The notes under the pieces were generated by a model. The model saw only the letters and a list, made by a program, of their open reading frames with translations, was not told the DNA's origin and ran no database searches. 64,000 nucleotides of DNA from Mobula hypostoma (taxonomy: Eukaryota): the NCBI RefSeq assembly GCF_963921235.1, contig NC_086109.1, positions 18,726,001-18,790,000 on the forward strand, written 5' to 3'. Below are positions 25,750 through 37,619 of this stretch, piece after piece (positions within the stretch are counted from its first letter, which is position 1; each line of letters opens with the position of its first letter). Both the position numbers and the translations under genes were made by a program.

Positions 25750-28120
25750 TCACGGCTCTTTGCATCGCCTCGGGACATCTGGACATACGTCTACGTGCCA
25801 GTTAGTTAGCTTTATCAGCGGCTCGCTCTGTTCGGGGGTTAAGTGAGAGAACTCATCAGCAAAGTTGGCCAAAACAATAGAGTTCTCCCATCTGGTCGGC
25901 ACCATACTTATCTTTTCAAAATGGGTTTTCCCCTTATCAGGTGGCACCCTAACCTCATTAATTTTTGTGATAACACCAGCTAGATCTGTTTTCTGATCGT
26001 GGTAAGCTTTTAACATGTTAATAGCCTGTAACTGTGTTAGCTCACGTCTACAATAGTCAATAGCATCCTTCCTCCTGTGTGGCCAGTAAAACTCTTTCAT
26101 GATTCTATCGACTGTTTTCCTCACACCAAAATGTCCACCGGGGGGTATCTTGTGGGCCGGGTTAAAAATCTCATCCCCATAAATTTTCGGCACTATCACC
26201 CCCAATTCCTCATCTGCGGGCACGGTACGTGGTCTCCATTTCCTCATTAGTACTCCATCCTTCACATAATAGCCCACTGGCTCCCATTTTAATTCTACTT
26301 CGGAGAGAGCTGTCTCCGCCAAAACCATCAGCTCCTCATCTCGCTCCTGTGCCTGTATAAATTCCTTCCTTGCTAATGATAAGTCTACCTCAACTTCCGT
26401 TTCACTAGGCCCCTTCTCACTTTCTAACCCTTCCTGGTACAAGGCTGGTAAAAACGTCTCAGCTAAATCTACATTCGCTTCGGCAGCCTTTCTGGACATG
26501 TACAGAGTCACTGTGCAAACGGGATAAACCTGTGAGCCCGTGGGCGGGGCCTCAATACTGGCAGGCTGGCTTGTCAGTTTTACTGCTGAGAACACATTTC
26601 CGCCGGCGAGGTCATTACCGAGTAAGACCTCCATGTCTTCCATCGATAATTCGGGCCTCACCCCTATCATGACCGGTCCGGAGACCAAGTCGCTTTTTAG
26701 GTGTATCTGGTGCAAAGGTACTGCTTCAATCCCTTTCCCAATGCCTTTTATCACCCTGACCTCCCCAGTCTCGGTCTCTGAACTGAAGTCTAACACCCTC
26801 CTTAAGATCAATGACTGACAAGCTCCAGTGTCTCTCCAGATCCGTACTGGAACCGGGTTTAACCCTTCCTTCACCGACACCAATCCGGCCGAGATAAACT
26901 TCTCGCGCCCTTCCTGAACTTTATCAGACCTCTTCTCCCCTAGCAGTTTGTTTGCCAGCTCAATACAGCCAGTCGGAATCATCATTTTTCCTTTCCCCGT
27001 CTCCTTCTTTGGGGCAAAGCACCTGGACGCAAAGTGACCGGCTTTCCCACAATTATAGCATACGACCCCAGAAGACTTCCTACCAAACTGCTCCCGGTCT
27101 TCCTTATCCTTCTCACTAGGCCCCAGCTTACTTTCTGACTTTTCTGGCGGACTCTCTCTGACCTCTTGACTACCCTTCTGGTAGCTTTTACTCGGGGTAA
27201 ACTTCGCTTTGCGCGTTAACGTGTGTTCATCCGCTAACTTAGCAGTTGCGGCTAAGGTTTCTGCCTCTTTCTCATCTAGATAGGGCCTCATACCTTCAGG
27301 GACACAACTTTTAAACTGCTCAATCAGTACTAGCTGTAGCAGTCTGTCATAATCCCCATTAACCCCTTTTGAGGCACACCAACGCTCACAATACATCTGC
27401 GTCTCATGTGCAAACTCTAAATACGTGTGGCCCCAATGCTTCCTCGCATTCCGGAACCTCTGCCGGTATGCCTCCGGGACCAACTCATAAATCCTGACTA
27501 TTGCCTCTTTCACCACATCGTACTTCTGGGCATCTTCTGCAGACAATGCTGAGTAAGCTTGCTGGGCTTTTCCTTTAAGTATGCTCTGAAGCAAAACAGC
27601 CCACTTATCCCTCGGCCAATCCTGACTTGCAGCGACTTTTTCCAAAATGTAGGAAGTACCGATCAACATTGGCCTCCTCAAATGGGGGAACCAGCCTAAC
27701 CTCCTGGGTCGCCCTGAACCCTCCACCTTGGTTCAGCATGGGACCCTGTGCTAGCGTCAACCTTAACTTCTCCAGCTCAAATTCCCTTTCCCTCTGTTTC
27801 TCCCTCTCTTGTCGTTCTAACTGCCTCTCTTCTTGTTCTAGCTGCCTCACCCAGAATTCGTGCTCGAGTCTCAATTTTTCCATCTGCAGCTGCACCGCCT
27901 TTCCACCAGGTTTGCTCATAGATACCGCCTCCAGCTCCCCTTGGGGAAACACACCTTTAGATACATAATGCTCAATGATAGCTCTGTGCATCTCAGCTCT
28001 CCTCATTGTCGACTTCCCCTTAAAAAGATTCAACCGTGTGGCCACAGTTGCCAATTCTGATTTCCCGGCATCCTCTAATGCCTCCAAGGTCGGCGCCTTT
28101 AGAAATTCCTCAATCTCCAT
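25750..28120 (-). pseudogene. gag-pro-partial integrase reading frame with one frameshift
   Basis: 171-aa N-terminus plus 658-aa ORF joined by a probable 1-nt insertion near 27642; SCAN/capsid-like PEAYRQRFR..LIEQF, CCHC knuckle CYNCGKAGHFASRC, protease RDTGA, integrase zinc-finger start H..GGHFG..FYWP..C. Confidence 0.9.
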
Positions 28121-28190
28121 TTCTGCTGCTTGCCCTTTCTTTCTTTCGGGAATTTTAACCCAATCAATTTACCCAGTCCCAAATTTGGCG

Positions 28191-28215
28191 TTCAAAATCG
28201 CGGACGAGATCCCCA
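28191..28215 (-). other. Primer-binding site complementary to the tRNA-Pro 3' end (degenerate)
   Basis: Plus strand TTCAAAATCGCGGACGAGATCCCCA resembles the tRNA-Pro 3' end TTCAAATCCCGGACGAGCCCCCA; lies 4 nt inside the 5' LTR. Confidence 0.8.
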
Positions 28216-28219
28216 CTTA

Positions 28220-29063
28220 TGTTACGTACCCCGTAACTGGGTTGCCAAACCAGCAGGAATGGACCACTTAGTTGGAGTCTGGTTTAACAGAAGCTAATAA
28301 AGTTTTATTAAAGATATAAATAACACAGTACTCTAATCGTAAGGATATAAATGCAAAGGTTAGCAATGATAAAACACACACGTACACAGAGCTAGGGTAA
28401 TAGGAATCAACCAAGCTCTATCGCAGTCTGGGGGTAAAATGATCAGTCTCAAGTGATGCGGAGTTCAGTTCAGCTTAGTACTGTTCGCAGTAATCGCTGT
28501 TGTGCCGTTGGAGAGAGAGAGAGAGACAGAGATATGCAAATCTGATTCAGCAGACCTTTGATGTTCTTTGCAGTTGGCTTTTGGGCGGACCCTTTGTTAT
28601 GTCTTCTGTGGTCACCGACTGTGACCCCTCCGCTCCGGATACAACTGTTCTTCCACAGTGAACCCGGCACCCAGGCAAGGACAGACACACACACCAGGTT
28701 CCCGCCGATCGTACCCTTTCACCCTGTGCCTTTCACCCTATGGTTGGTTCCCGTGACCAGACCTCCAAACTCCACCAACTTGTGGGGGCACACCGCTCTT
28801 CCAGGGTCTCGTTATCTTGTGATCTCGTGGTGTATGTTGTGCCTTAGCGAACCTGTTCTTTCTATCCCCCTGCTGGGGTATCGCCTGCACATCAAACTTC
28901 AAACAGTTCAGGTTCAAAGCAACCGGTCTGTCAATATTCTGAAATGTGTTTCTTTCTCATTAATCTCTCCCTTCTCTCTTATTAGCATTTTGAATGTTTC
29001 TCCATTGTCTTACTTATCTCTCTTATCAGCATCAATCTTCTGATAACTTGGTTTGTCGTCATA
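28220..29063 (-). repeat. 5' LTR of the Gmr1-like element
   Basis: TGTTACG...GTCATA (terminal base change); direct repeat of 24170-25000. Confidence 0.95.
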
Positions 29064-29764
29064 CTGTAAAAAGAAATGAGAGGGAACATTGACTCCCTGC
29101 CGTTAGCTCTATCATTGATATTCCTTTTCAAATATTTGCCCACTTAAGATTTAGCTATGGGATGTAGTCTCAGCATCCTTTCAGGAAAAGTAAGTGTAAA
29201 CAGTAATTTCCCTCATGCCACCACATATTCTTTGGCCTGTCTCCTTTAATTTGTGTCTCCTGTCCATTGATTCTTCTGCAACTAGATACGGCTTCTCATG
29301 ACCTTACCAACACTGCTCGTGGTTTGGTACATCTTGATTAAATCTCCCCTTCACCTTCCTGGTTCAATGGAGAACACTGCAAACCTTTGGAAGACACTCC
29401 CGTCCAGTCTAGATAACAACTGTTCTCCATAACTCTGCTTTTTTGCCTGTCAACTAATTTCATCGCCAGTGGAGAGCAATGGTTGAGCAGGTCTGAACCA
29501 CAGTCTGTACAGATGGATTTAAATTACAGACTCAAAAAACAAGAATTAAGTCATGAAATCTATTTCACTTTCTTCAGCGAGTAATTTTTCCCATTTCCTC
29601 TATCAGTGTGCTGTAGTGTTCTTGCTAATGAATGCGCTGATGCCAAATGCATATTTAATTTCTTATCAGTTTAGAGATTCCACCATTTCAGTTAATAAAT
29701 ACATCCTTTACTTTTTCCTTGCTCACACTCTAACACAGAAAAAATTAAATTACACTTGAACTAC

Positions 29765-32700
29765 AGGGAGACCAATATCCTTCCAGGGAGGTTTGTTAAT
29801 GCTATTGGGGGGGCTGTAAACTAGATTTGCAGGGGGATGGGAACCACAGTACCGGAGCTGACAGTGTGGCTGGGGTGAAAATAAATGATGTTAAAAGTTC
29901 AAGCAAATCCGCTAATAGAAAGGTTGTGAGTGGTGGTAAAAATCTTCTGAGTTGTATATATTTCAATGCTAGGAGTATTGCGGGGAAGGCGGATGAGTTG
30001 AGGGTGTGGATTGACACGTGGAATTATGACGTTGTAGCAATTAGTGAAACTTGGCTACAGGAGGGGCAGGAATGGCAGTTTAATATTCCAGGGTTCCAAT
30101 GTTTCAGATGTGATCGAGGCAGAGGAATGAAAGGTGGGGGAGTGGCATTGCTTGTTTGGGAAAATATTATAGCAGTGCTCAGGCCGGACAGATTAGAGGG
30201 CTTGTCTACTGAGTCCTTGTGGGTGGAGCTGAGAAACAGGAAAGGTATGGCCACATTAGTGGGATTGTATTACAGACCACCCAATAGTCAAAGAGAATTG
30301 GAAGTGCAAATCTGCAGAGAGATAGCAGGCAACTGCAGGAAACATAAAGTTGTGGTGGTAGGGGATTTTAATTTTCCATATATTGATTGGGTCTCCCATA
30401 CTGTTAGGGGTCTAGATGGTTTAGAGTTTGTAAAATGTGTTCAGGAAAGCTTTCTAAATCAATATATAGAGGGACGAACTAGAGGGGATGCAATATTGGA
30501 TCTCCTGTTAGGAAATGAGTTAGGACAAGTGACAGAAGTCTGTGTAGGGGAGCACTTTGGTTCCAGTGATCATAACACCATTAGTTTCAACTTGATCATG
30601 GACAAGGATAGATCTGGTCCTAGGGTTGAGGTTCTTAACTGGAAGAAGGCCAAATTTGAAGAAATGAGAAAGGATCTAAAAAGCGTAGATTGGGAAAGGT
30701 TGTTCTCTGGCATGGTTGTGATTGGTAGGTGGGAAGCCTTCAAAGGGGAAATTTTGAGAACGCAGAATTTGTATGTTCCTGTCAGGATTAAAGGCAAGGT
30801 GAATAGGAATAAGGAACCTTGGTTCTCAAGGGATATTGCAACTCTGATAAAGAAGAAGAGGGAGTGACGTGTATAGGAAGCAGGGAGTAAATAAGGTGCT
30901 TGAGGAGTATAAGAAGTGCAAGAAAATACTTAAGAAAGAAATCAAGAGGGCTAAAAGAAGACATGAGGTTGCCTTGGCAGTCAAAGTGAAGGATAATCCA
31001 AAGAGCTTTTACAGGTATATTAAGAGCAAAAGGATTGTAAGGGATAAAATTGGTCCTCTTGAAGATCAGAATGGTCGGCTATGCGCGGAACCAAAGGAAA
31101 TAGGGGAGATCTTAAATAGGTTTTTTGCGTTTGTGTTTACTAAGGAAACTGGCATGAAGTCTATGGAATTAAGGGAAACAAGTAGTGAGATCATGGAAAC
31201 TGTACAGATTGAAAAGGAGGAGGTCCTTGCTGTCTTGAGAAAAATTAAAGTGGATAAATCCCCGGGACCTGACAGAGTGTTCCCTCGGACCTTGAAGGAG
31301 ACTAGTATTGAAATTACAGGGGCCCTGGCTGAAATATTTAAAATGTCGCGGTCTACAGGTGAGGTGCCGGAGGATTGGAGAGTGGCTCATGTTGTTCCGT
31401 TGTTTAAAAAAGGATCAAAAAGTAATCCAGGAAATTATAGGCCGGTGAGTTTAACGTCAGTAGTAGGTAAGTTATTGGAGGGAGTACTAAGAGACAGAAT
31501 CTACAAGCATTTGGATAGACAGGGACTTATTAGGGAGAGTCAACATGGCTTTGTGGTGGTAGGTCATGTTTGACCAATCTATTGGAGTTTTTCGAGGAGG
31601 TTACCAGGAAAGTGGATGAAGGGAAGGCAGTGGATATTGTCTACATGGACTTCAGTAAGGCCTTTGACAAGGTCCCGCATGGGAGGTTAGTTAGGAAAAT
31701 TCAGTCGCTAGGTATACATGGAGAGGTGGTAAATTGGATTAGACATTGGCTCAATGGAAGAAGCCAGAGAGTGGTGGTAGAGAATTGCTTCGCTGAGTGG
31801 AGGCCTGTGACTAGTGGTGTGCCACAGGGATCAGTGCTGCGTCCATTGTTATTTGTCATCTATATCAATGATCTGGATGATAATGTGGTAAATTGGATCA
31901 GCAAGATTGCTGATGATGCAAAGATTGGAGGTGTAGTAGACAGTGAGGAAGGTTTTCAGAGCCTGCAGAAGGACTTGGACCAGCTGGAAAAATGGGCTAA
32001 AAAATGGCAGATGGAGTTTAATACTGACAAGTGTGAGGTATTGCACGTTGGAAGGACAAACCAACGTAGAACATACAGGGTTAATGGTAAGGCACTGAGG
32101 AGTGCAGTGGAACAGAGGGATCTGGGAATACAGATACAAAATTCCCTAAAAGTGGCGTCACAGGTAGATAGGGTCGTAAAGAGAGCTTTTGGTACATTGG
32201 CCTTTATTAATCAAAGTATTGAGTATACGAGCTGGAATGTTATGATGAGGTTGTATAAGGCATTGGTGAGGCCGAATCTGGAGTATTGTGTTCAGTTTTG
32301 GTCACCAAATTACAGGAAGGATATAAATAAGGTTGAAAGAGTGCAGAGAAGGTTTACAAGGATGTTGCCGGGATTTGAGAAACTCAGTTACAGAGGAAGG
32401 TTGAATAGGTTGGGACTTTATTCCCTGGAGCGTAGAAGAATGAGGGAAGATTTGATAGAGGTATATAAAATTATGATGGGTATAGATAGAATGAATGCAA
32501 GCAGGCTTTTTCCACTGAGGCAAGGGGAGAAGAAAACCAGAGGATATGGGTTTAGGGTGAGGGGGGAAAAGTTTAAAGGGAATATTAGTGGGGGCTTCTT
32601 CACACAGAGAGTGGTGGGAGTATGGAATGAGCTGCCAGACGAGGTGGTAAATGTGGGTTCTTTTTTAACATTTAAGAATAAATTGGACAGATACATGGAT

Positions 32701-32823
32701 GGGAGGTGTATGGAGGGATATGGTCCGTGTGCAGGTCAGTGGGACTAGGCAGAAAATGGTTCGGCACAGCCAAGAAGGGCCAAAAGGCCTGTTTCTGTGC
32801 TGTAGTTTCTATGGTTTCTATGG
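29765..32823 (+). mobile_element. CR1 LINE, 5'-truncated, near-complete ORF2 and 3' tail
   Basis: Probable ORF1 tail then ORF2; ends in (TTTCTATGG)2. Confidence 0.95.
29827..32748 (+). pseudogene. CR1 ORF2 (AP endonuclease + reverse transcriptase) broken by two frameshifts
   Basis: APE motifs YFNARS, ETW, GDFN, LDL, SDH; RT motifs KSPGPD, NYRPVSL, DFSKAFD, GVPQGS, IADD; frame changes at ~30867 and ~31555. Confidence 0.93.
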
Positions 32824-34280
32824 ATCCTTGGCTAGACAAAATTAAGTCAGAAATGAGAACTTGCACTCTGTTGTCATCGAGCCTTTTCTATGCCACGGAC
32901 CAAAAGCATTAAACAAGGGATCCATAGACCCCAGGTTGGGAACCCTGATCTAACCTTGCTATTCAAAGTCTAGAATTAGATCCGGTTTTGTAGAAGTGAC
33001 CAGTGCTGAGAAACGTATGTAAATTGAGTATGGAGTGCTAGATGAAAATATAATGGTACATTTAAGATTTAGCAAGTTATCTCATTAAATTTACAGGTGA
33101 TACTGGTGGATTTAATGTGATTGGGCCTGTAGTCAATGGAGTTCAGAAGGATGTGGGAGAGAATCTCATTGAAACTTACTGAGGGAGCGGACATAAAAAC
33201 GATTTTTCCATTAGTTGGAGAGTTTAGGGCACAGCTGTAGTATCAAGCGACATCCCTATAAAACTGAGATAGGACAGTGGTGAATCTAGGGAATTTGCTG
33301 TCACAGAGGACTGTGAAGGCCAAGTCAATGAGTGCATGTAAGGTAGGGATTGATAGATCCTTGACTGTTAAGCGGCTAATAGTTACAGGGAGAATGCAGG
33401 GGAATTGGGTTGAAAAATCCACCGTGATTGAATATTGTCATAGACTCAAAGGGCCAAATAGTCTAATTTTGTTCCCTATGTATCTTATAATTGAGGAAGT
33501 TCATACAGTATTAATGGATCTCAGATAAAACTGACACAGAACACTTATAAACTCTATACTTAGAATTTTAGCATTTTTTCTTTTGCAAAATATGTTTATT
33601 TTCCCTTGTGAATTGAAAGTACTCCTTTGTGAATCAATGTAAGTGGAACTATTTTGTATCCTGATGAACAAAGACCATTGATTGGAAATGAATTTGTTGT
33701 AGGTGGGATTGATCTCAATGCAACTGAATTCTCTAGTACTGGAAAGGAGAAGAATTTGCAGTCTCCACATTGTGGTGTGTTTGGTACTTCTAAATAAGAA
33801 CAATATTTCTCAGTATGTATTGCACATTCTGATGACAAAAACGTCTAAAGATATACTTTCACTTATTCCGCCCTTTTTACCGATTCAAGTTGGTTTACAG
33901 CCAGTTAAGTTCTTTTGATGTGCGGTCATTATTGTAATACATAAAAATTGTAACATCCAATTTTCACACAACTAACTCTTGCAAAAAGCAGCGAGTTATT
34001 GACCAAATACTCTACTTCAATGATTGAAGGATAACTATCAACCAAAGCACTGGAGGCAATTGCCCTGCATTTTTTTGAAACAGCATCATGGGATTGTTAA
34101 TATCTACTCAAAAGGACATGTGGGAGCCATTTTAACATTTCTCCCAAAAGATGATTGTTCTGACGGTGAACAATCCCCATTCCTTTGTCCTCAGGACATA
34201 CACCAGTGGAAGCTCAGGAAACTTTCCAATCCTGCTAGACACTGAAACATGTTTAATCCATAAGGAGTAAAATGTAGATT

Positions 34281-34584
34281 GTGTTGGCACCTGGCCAAGT
34301 GGTTAAGGTGTTCGTCTAGTGATCTGAAGGTCGCTAGTTCGAGCCTTGGCTGAGCCTTGGTTGTGTCCTTGAGCAAGGCACTTAACCACACATTGTTCTG
34401 TGACAACACTGGTGCTAATCTGTATGGGTCCTAGTGCCCTTCCCTTGGACAACATCGGTTGCGTGGAGAGGGGAGCCTTGCAGCATGGGCAACTGCTGGT
34501 CTTCCATACAACCTTGCCCAGGCCTGCGCCCTGGAAACCTTCCAAGGCGCAAATCCATGGTCTCATGAGACTAACGGATGCCTA
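34281..34584 (+). mobile_element. tRNA-derived SINE with CORE-like centre and RTE-like tail
   Basis: A-box TGGCCAAGTGG, B-box AGTTCGAGCC, GTGTCCTTGAGCAAGGCACTTAACC; 13-bp TSD TAAAATGTAGATT at 34268-34280 and 34585-34597. Confidence 0.88.
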
Positions 34585-35254
34585 TAAAATGTAGATTCAC
34601 AGAAAAAATCGGATTGCAAATGATACTGCAAAAATGCAGACACTTTTGTTCCCTCCCTCAATCATTTTCACAATATTTTTCTCATTCTTCCTTCCCCTCC
34701 TAAAGCTGCTTTCATTTCTCCTAACGGTACAGAGTTGGATGAAGTTTCTTTACCCCAGCATCTGTCCTGCATTCAAGAGGATTCCATAATGAGCCCCAAA
34801 CACGCAGTGAAATGTGTTGTTTGCATTAACAACCAATACAACCGAAGGACGTGCTGGGGTCAGCCTGGACATATCGTGGGCAGTGGTAACTACAACCAGT
34901 AATGATTGCTGTCACCATTGCCTCCACTGCCATCATGTCCACCCCTGAATTCACCCTCCTTTGATGAGGTTTATGAAGACTTGAGCCATGTCTCCATGTC
35001 CCAGCTGGTGCGTGCGAGGATAGAAGTATGTAGGCTTCTGAGAGCAGAAGGAGAGGACAGTATGGATGCCACACATGAGATTTGTATCCTGCCTCTACTG
35101 ATGGGAAGATGAAAAATAAGAATGACAAAGTATTAATTCTAAGAAGCTCTGTTGGCCTGTGCCACTCTCGAGATACATTAAGCGGCTGTCTGAAGTGGAA
35201 TGAGGATCGATAGGGGAGACAGTACAGAGCAAAAGGAGAAAGCAGTGAATGAGT

Positions 35255-35570
35255 TCATACACACAAATGGAGAGAGGGAGAGCGGAGAGGGAGAGAGGGA
35301 GAAAGGGAAAGGGGAAATGAAGAGGAAGGGTGCAGGGAGGGAGGGGATGGAGGGAGGGATAACGGAGATAGGAAAGGAGGGAGGGACAGAGAGGAGACAG
35401 AGAGAGAAAGACTGGGTGAGGGAAAGAAGGAGGGAGGGGGAGAGGGAAAGGAAAAATAAAGGGTAAGAGAGAGATAAAGAGAATAAGCAGTAAGAGAGAG
35501 GAATTTCAAGTAAAGTGGGAAAGCTATAGAGATAGAGAAGATGTGAATTAGTGAAAAAAAAAGGGAAAAA
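35255..35570 (+). repeat. Purine-rich low-complexity tract
   Basis: Almost exclusively G/A on the plus strand. Confidence 0.85.
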
Positions 35571-36831
35571 GAATTATTAGAAGTAAACAGGTCTGGTGAA
35601 AGATAAAGGCTTAAAATGATGTCATACAAATCACATTTCGGTTTATTCTGATATCCGAAATCCCAAAAATGACAGACGAGCAGTGGTGTGCCGGGAGCGT
35701 TACATCCGACATGTGTGAACAGGAGGCAGCCTTCAGTCATCCCTGATACAGGCATTAAACAAATCAGAGATTTAATACCTAAATGAGGTCCTCGTGCCAA
35801 GGTCGGTGCGCCTCGGGGCAGCCAGTATTGTCATGACCTCTGAGAAATCAGGGTCTGTCATCTACTATGAAATGTGTAAGTTAGCTGAATTTTGAAAACC
35901 TGTAAACAGACAAACATAAATTGAGCTATTTAAGATCATTCAAAATTCTCTCAATTAACCCATCATCTTTCTCCCAAGCACACATTTCCAGAATCTAAAG
36001 CAAGCTTTTCTGTGAGAGAAAAGCATATTTCGAAATAATGGGATGACCTTTTAACAAAGAAAATTGTTTTTTATTGTGTCTTTCAGTCCCATCATTTATA
36101 CTTATACTGGAATGGTCGAACAACTGTAACCCATGATTTATAACTGATCAGTTGCACAGATCGTTTATGAGTTTAAATCTACACAGCCCTCTAATCTATA
36201 CGTAGAGTCATAGAACATTATAGCACAGAAACAGGCCCTTTGGCCCATCTAGGCCATGTTGAACTATTATTCTGTTTAGTCCCATTGAACTGCTCCTGGA
36301 CCATAGCTCTCCATACCCTATATATTACAAAAAGTAAAAAAGAAGAATTCTTTAGAATGAAAATGTCAAAAATAAAACTACAGTTGCTGGAAATCTGTAA
36401 TAAAAGCAGGCGTACTGGAATCGAGTCAGACAGCGTCCGTGGAAAAAGAAGCAGTTAATCTTTCTAGATCAGGGACTCCTCAGCAGATCTGGGAGAGAGA
36501 GAATATTTAGTTTTCAGAACTAGAGAACCTGTGAAAGGGAGGAGCAGAAGGAATATCTCTGATAGAGAGAGACTAAATAAGTAAATGTGGCAGAAATGTA
36601 GTTGTTGGAATCAGATTATGCTCCTTCATGCAATCTGTTGTTAATGATAAAGCTGTTGGACACAGCCGGAAGGACAGACTCTACAAATTGTTTGGAACAC
36701 CACTTCTACCACTGGCAGATTAATAAGTCAATGTTGGCAACTTGCCAACCAATTTGCATACAACAAAATCTTAAAATATGAAGTGCAACATTGTCCAGAT
36801 GGTCTTTCTCAAGTGATGGTAGTTTCTTTTA

Positions 36832-37270
36832 CAACACCTTCTATTCTGTCTGGATAGCCTCCAATGTGATGGCATGAACATTGATTTCTTGAACTTCCTG
36901 TAATTGCCCCCACTCACCATTCCCCTTTTCTATTTTCACCTTATCTCCTTACCCGTGCATCACCTCTCTCTGGTGCTCCTCCTTGTTCCCTTTCTTCTAT
37001 GGGCCTCTGTCCTCTCCTATCAGATTCTCCCTTCTCCAGCACTTTATCTCTTTCACCAATTAACTTCCCAGCTCTTTAGTTCCCCTCCTCCCCCCCTCCC
37101 AGTTTCACCCATCATCTACCATCTTGTACTTCTTCCTCCCCTCCCTCCACCTTTGTACTCTGACTTCACCCATTCCTTTCCAGTCCTGATGAAAAGACTC
37201 GGCCCGAAACGTTGACTGTTTACTCTTTCCCATTGATGTTGCCTGGCCTGTAGCATTTTGTGTGTGCTGT
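36832..37270 (+). mobile_element. Penelope-like element 3' end (GIY-YIG C-terminus + pseudo-LTR)
   Basis: 36832-36903 translates QHLLFCLDSLQCDGMNIDFLNFL*, like the end of Penelope GIY-YIG domains; then pyrimidine-rich UTR, hammerhead motif and pseudo-LTR end. Confidence 0.8.
37181..37218 (+). ncRNA. Minimal type I hammerhead ribozyme motif
   Basis: CAGTC (stem I) - CTGATGA - stem II region (partly mutated) - GAAA-CG-TT - GACTG (stem I complement). Confidence 0.75.
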
Positions 37271-37619
37271 TTCTTTCTCTAGTTCAGCTTCAGAATCTGG
37301 ACATTGCTGGTGTGACCAGTATGTATTGCCCATCCCCAAGTGGTGAGGGGGTGGTGGTGAACTGACTTCACCAATCACTGCAACCAGTGGTCCAGGGTTA
37401 CTTGCTGCAAAACGCACAGCCTCTGAATGTTCTTGTGTCCCTTTGAGTTTCAGGTTACTGATGACCCCAGGACATGGCTGATGGGTGAATTCCATTGAAT
37501 GTACAGTTTAATTTTTACTTGTTTTATTTATGTAGATTTACAACACAGAACAGGCCCTTCCAGCTGCACCACCCAGCAACCCAACTATTTAGCACTACGT
37601 TAATCACAGGACACTCTTG

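Larger units (their letters stand above)
24170..29063 (-). mobile_element. Gypsy LTR retrotransposon, Gmr1-like (PR-IN-RT-RH order), internally deleted
   Basis: Two LTRs; 4-bp TSD CTGT at 24166-24169 and 29064-29067; PBS, PPT and gag/pol remnants on the minus strand. Confidence 0.95.

Noticed and set aside
27630..27650. Programmed ribosomal frameshift in gag
   Set aside because: The shift is mid-capsid and is explained by one extra base (FLHF-EKVA restored on removal); more likely a mutation or assembly error.
25750..27726. 658-aa ORF as a domesticated host SCAN/Gag gene
   Set aside because: It lies between two LTRs with PBS, PPT and TSD, and its natural N-terminus is cut off by a frameshift.
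34285..34352. tRNA genes (also ~44706 and ~51040)
   Set aside because: tRNA-like heads continue into SINE bodies with TSDs and lack a full cloverleaf.
35200..35800. ORFs of 88-181 aa rich in E/R/G or S/L/P (also 20138-20774)
   Set aside because: Products of purine-rich low-complexity sequence.
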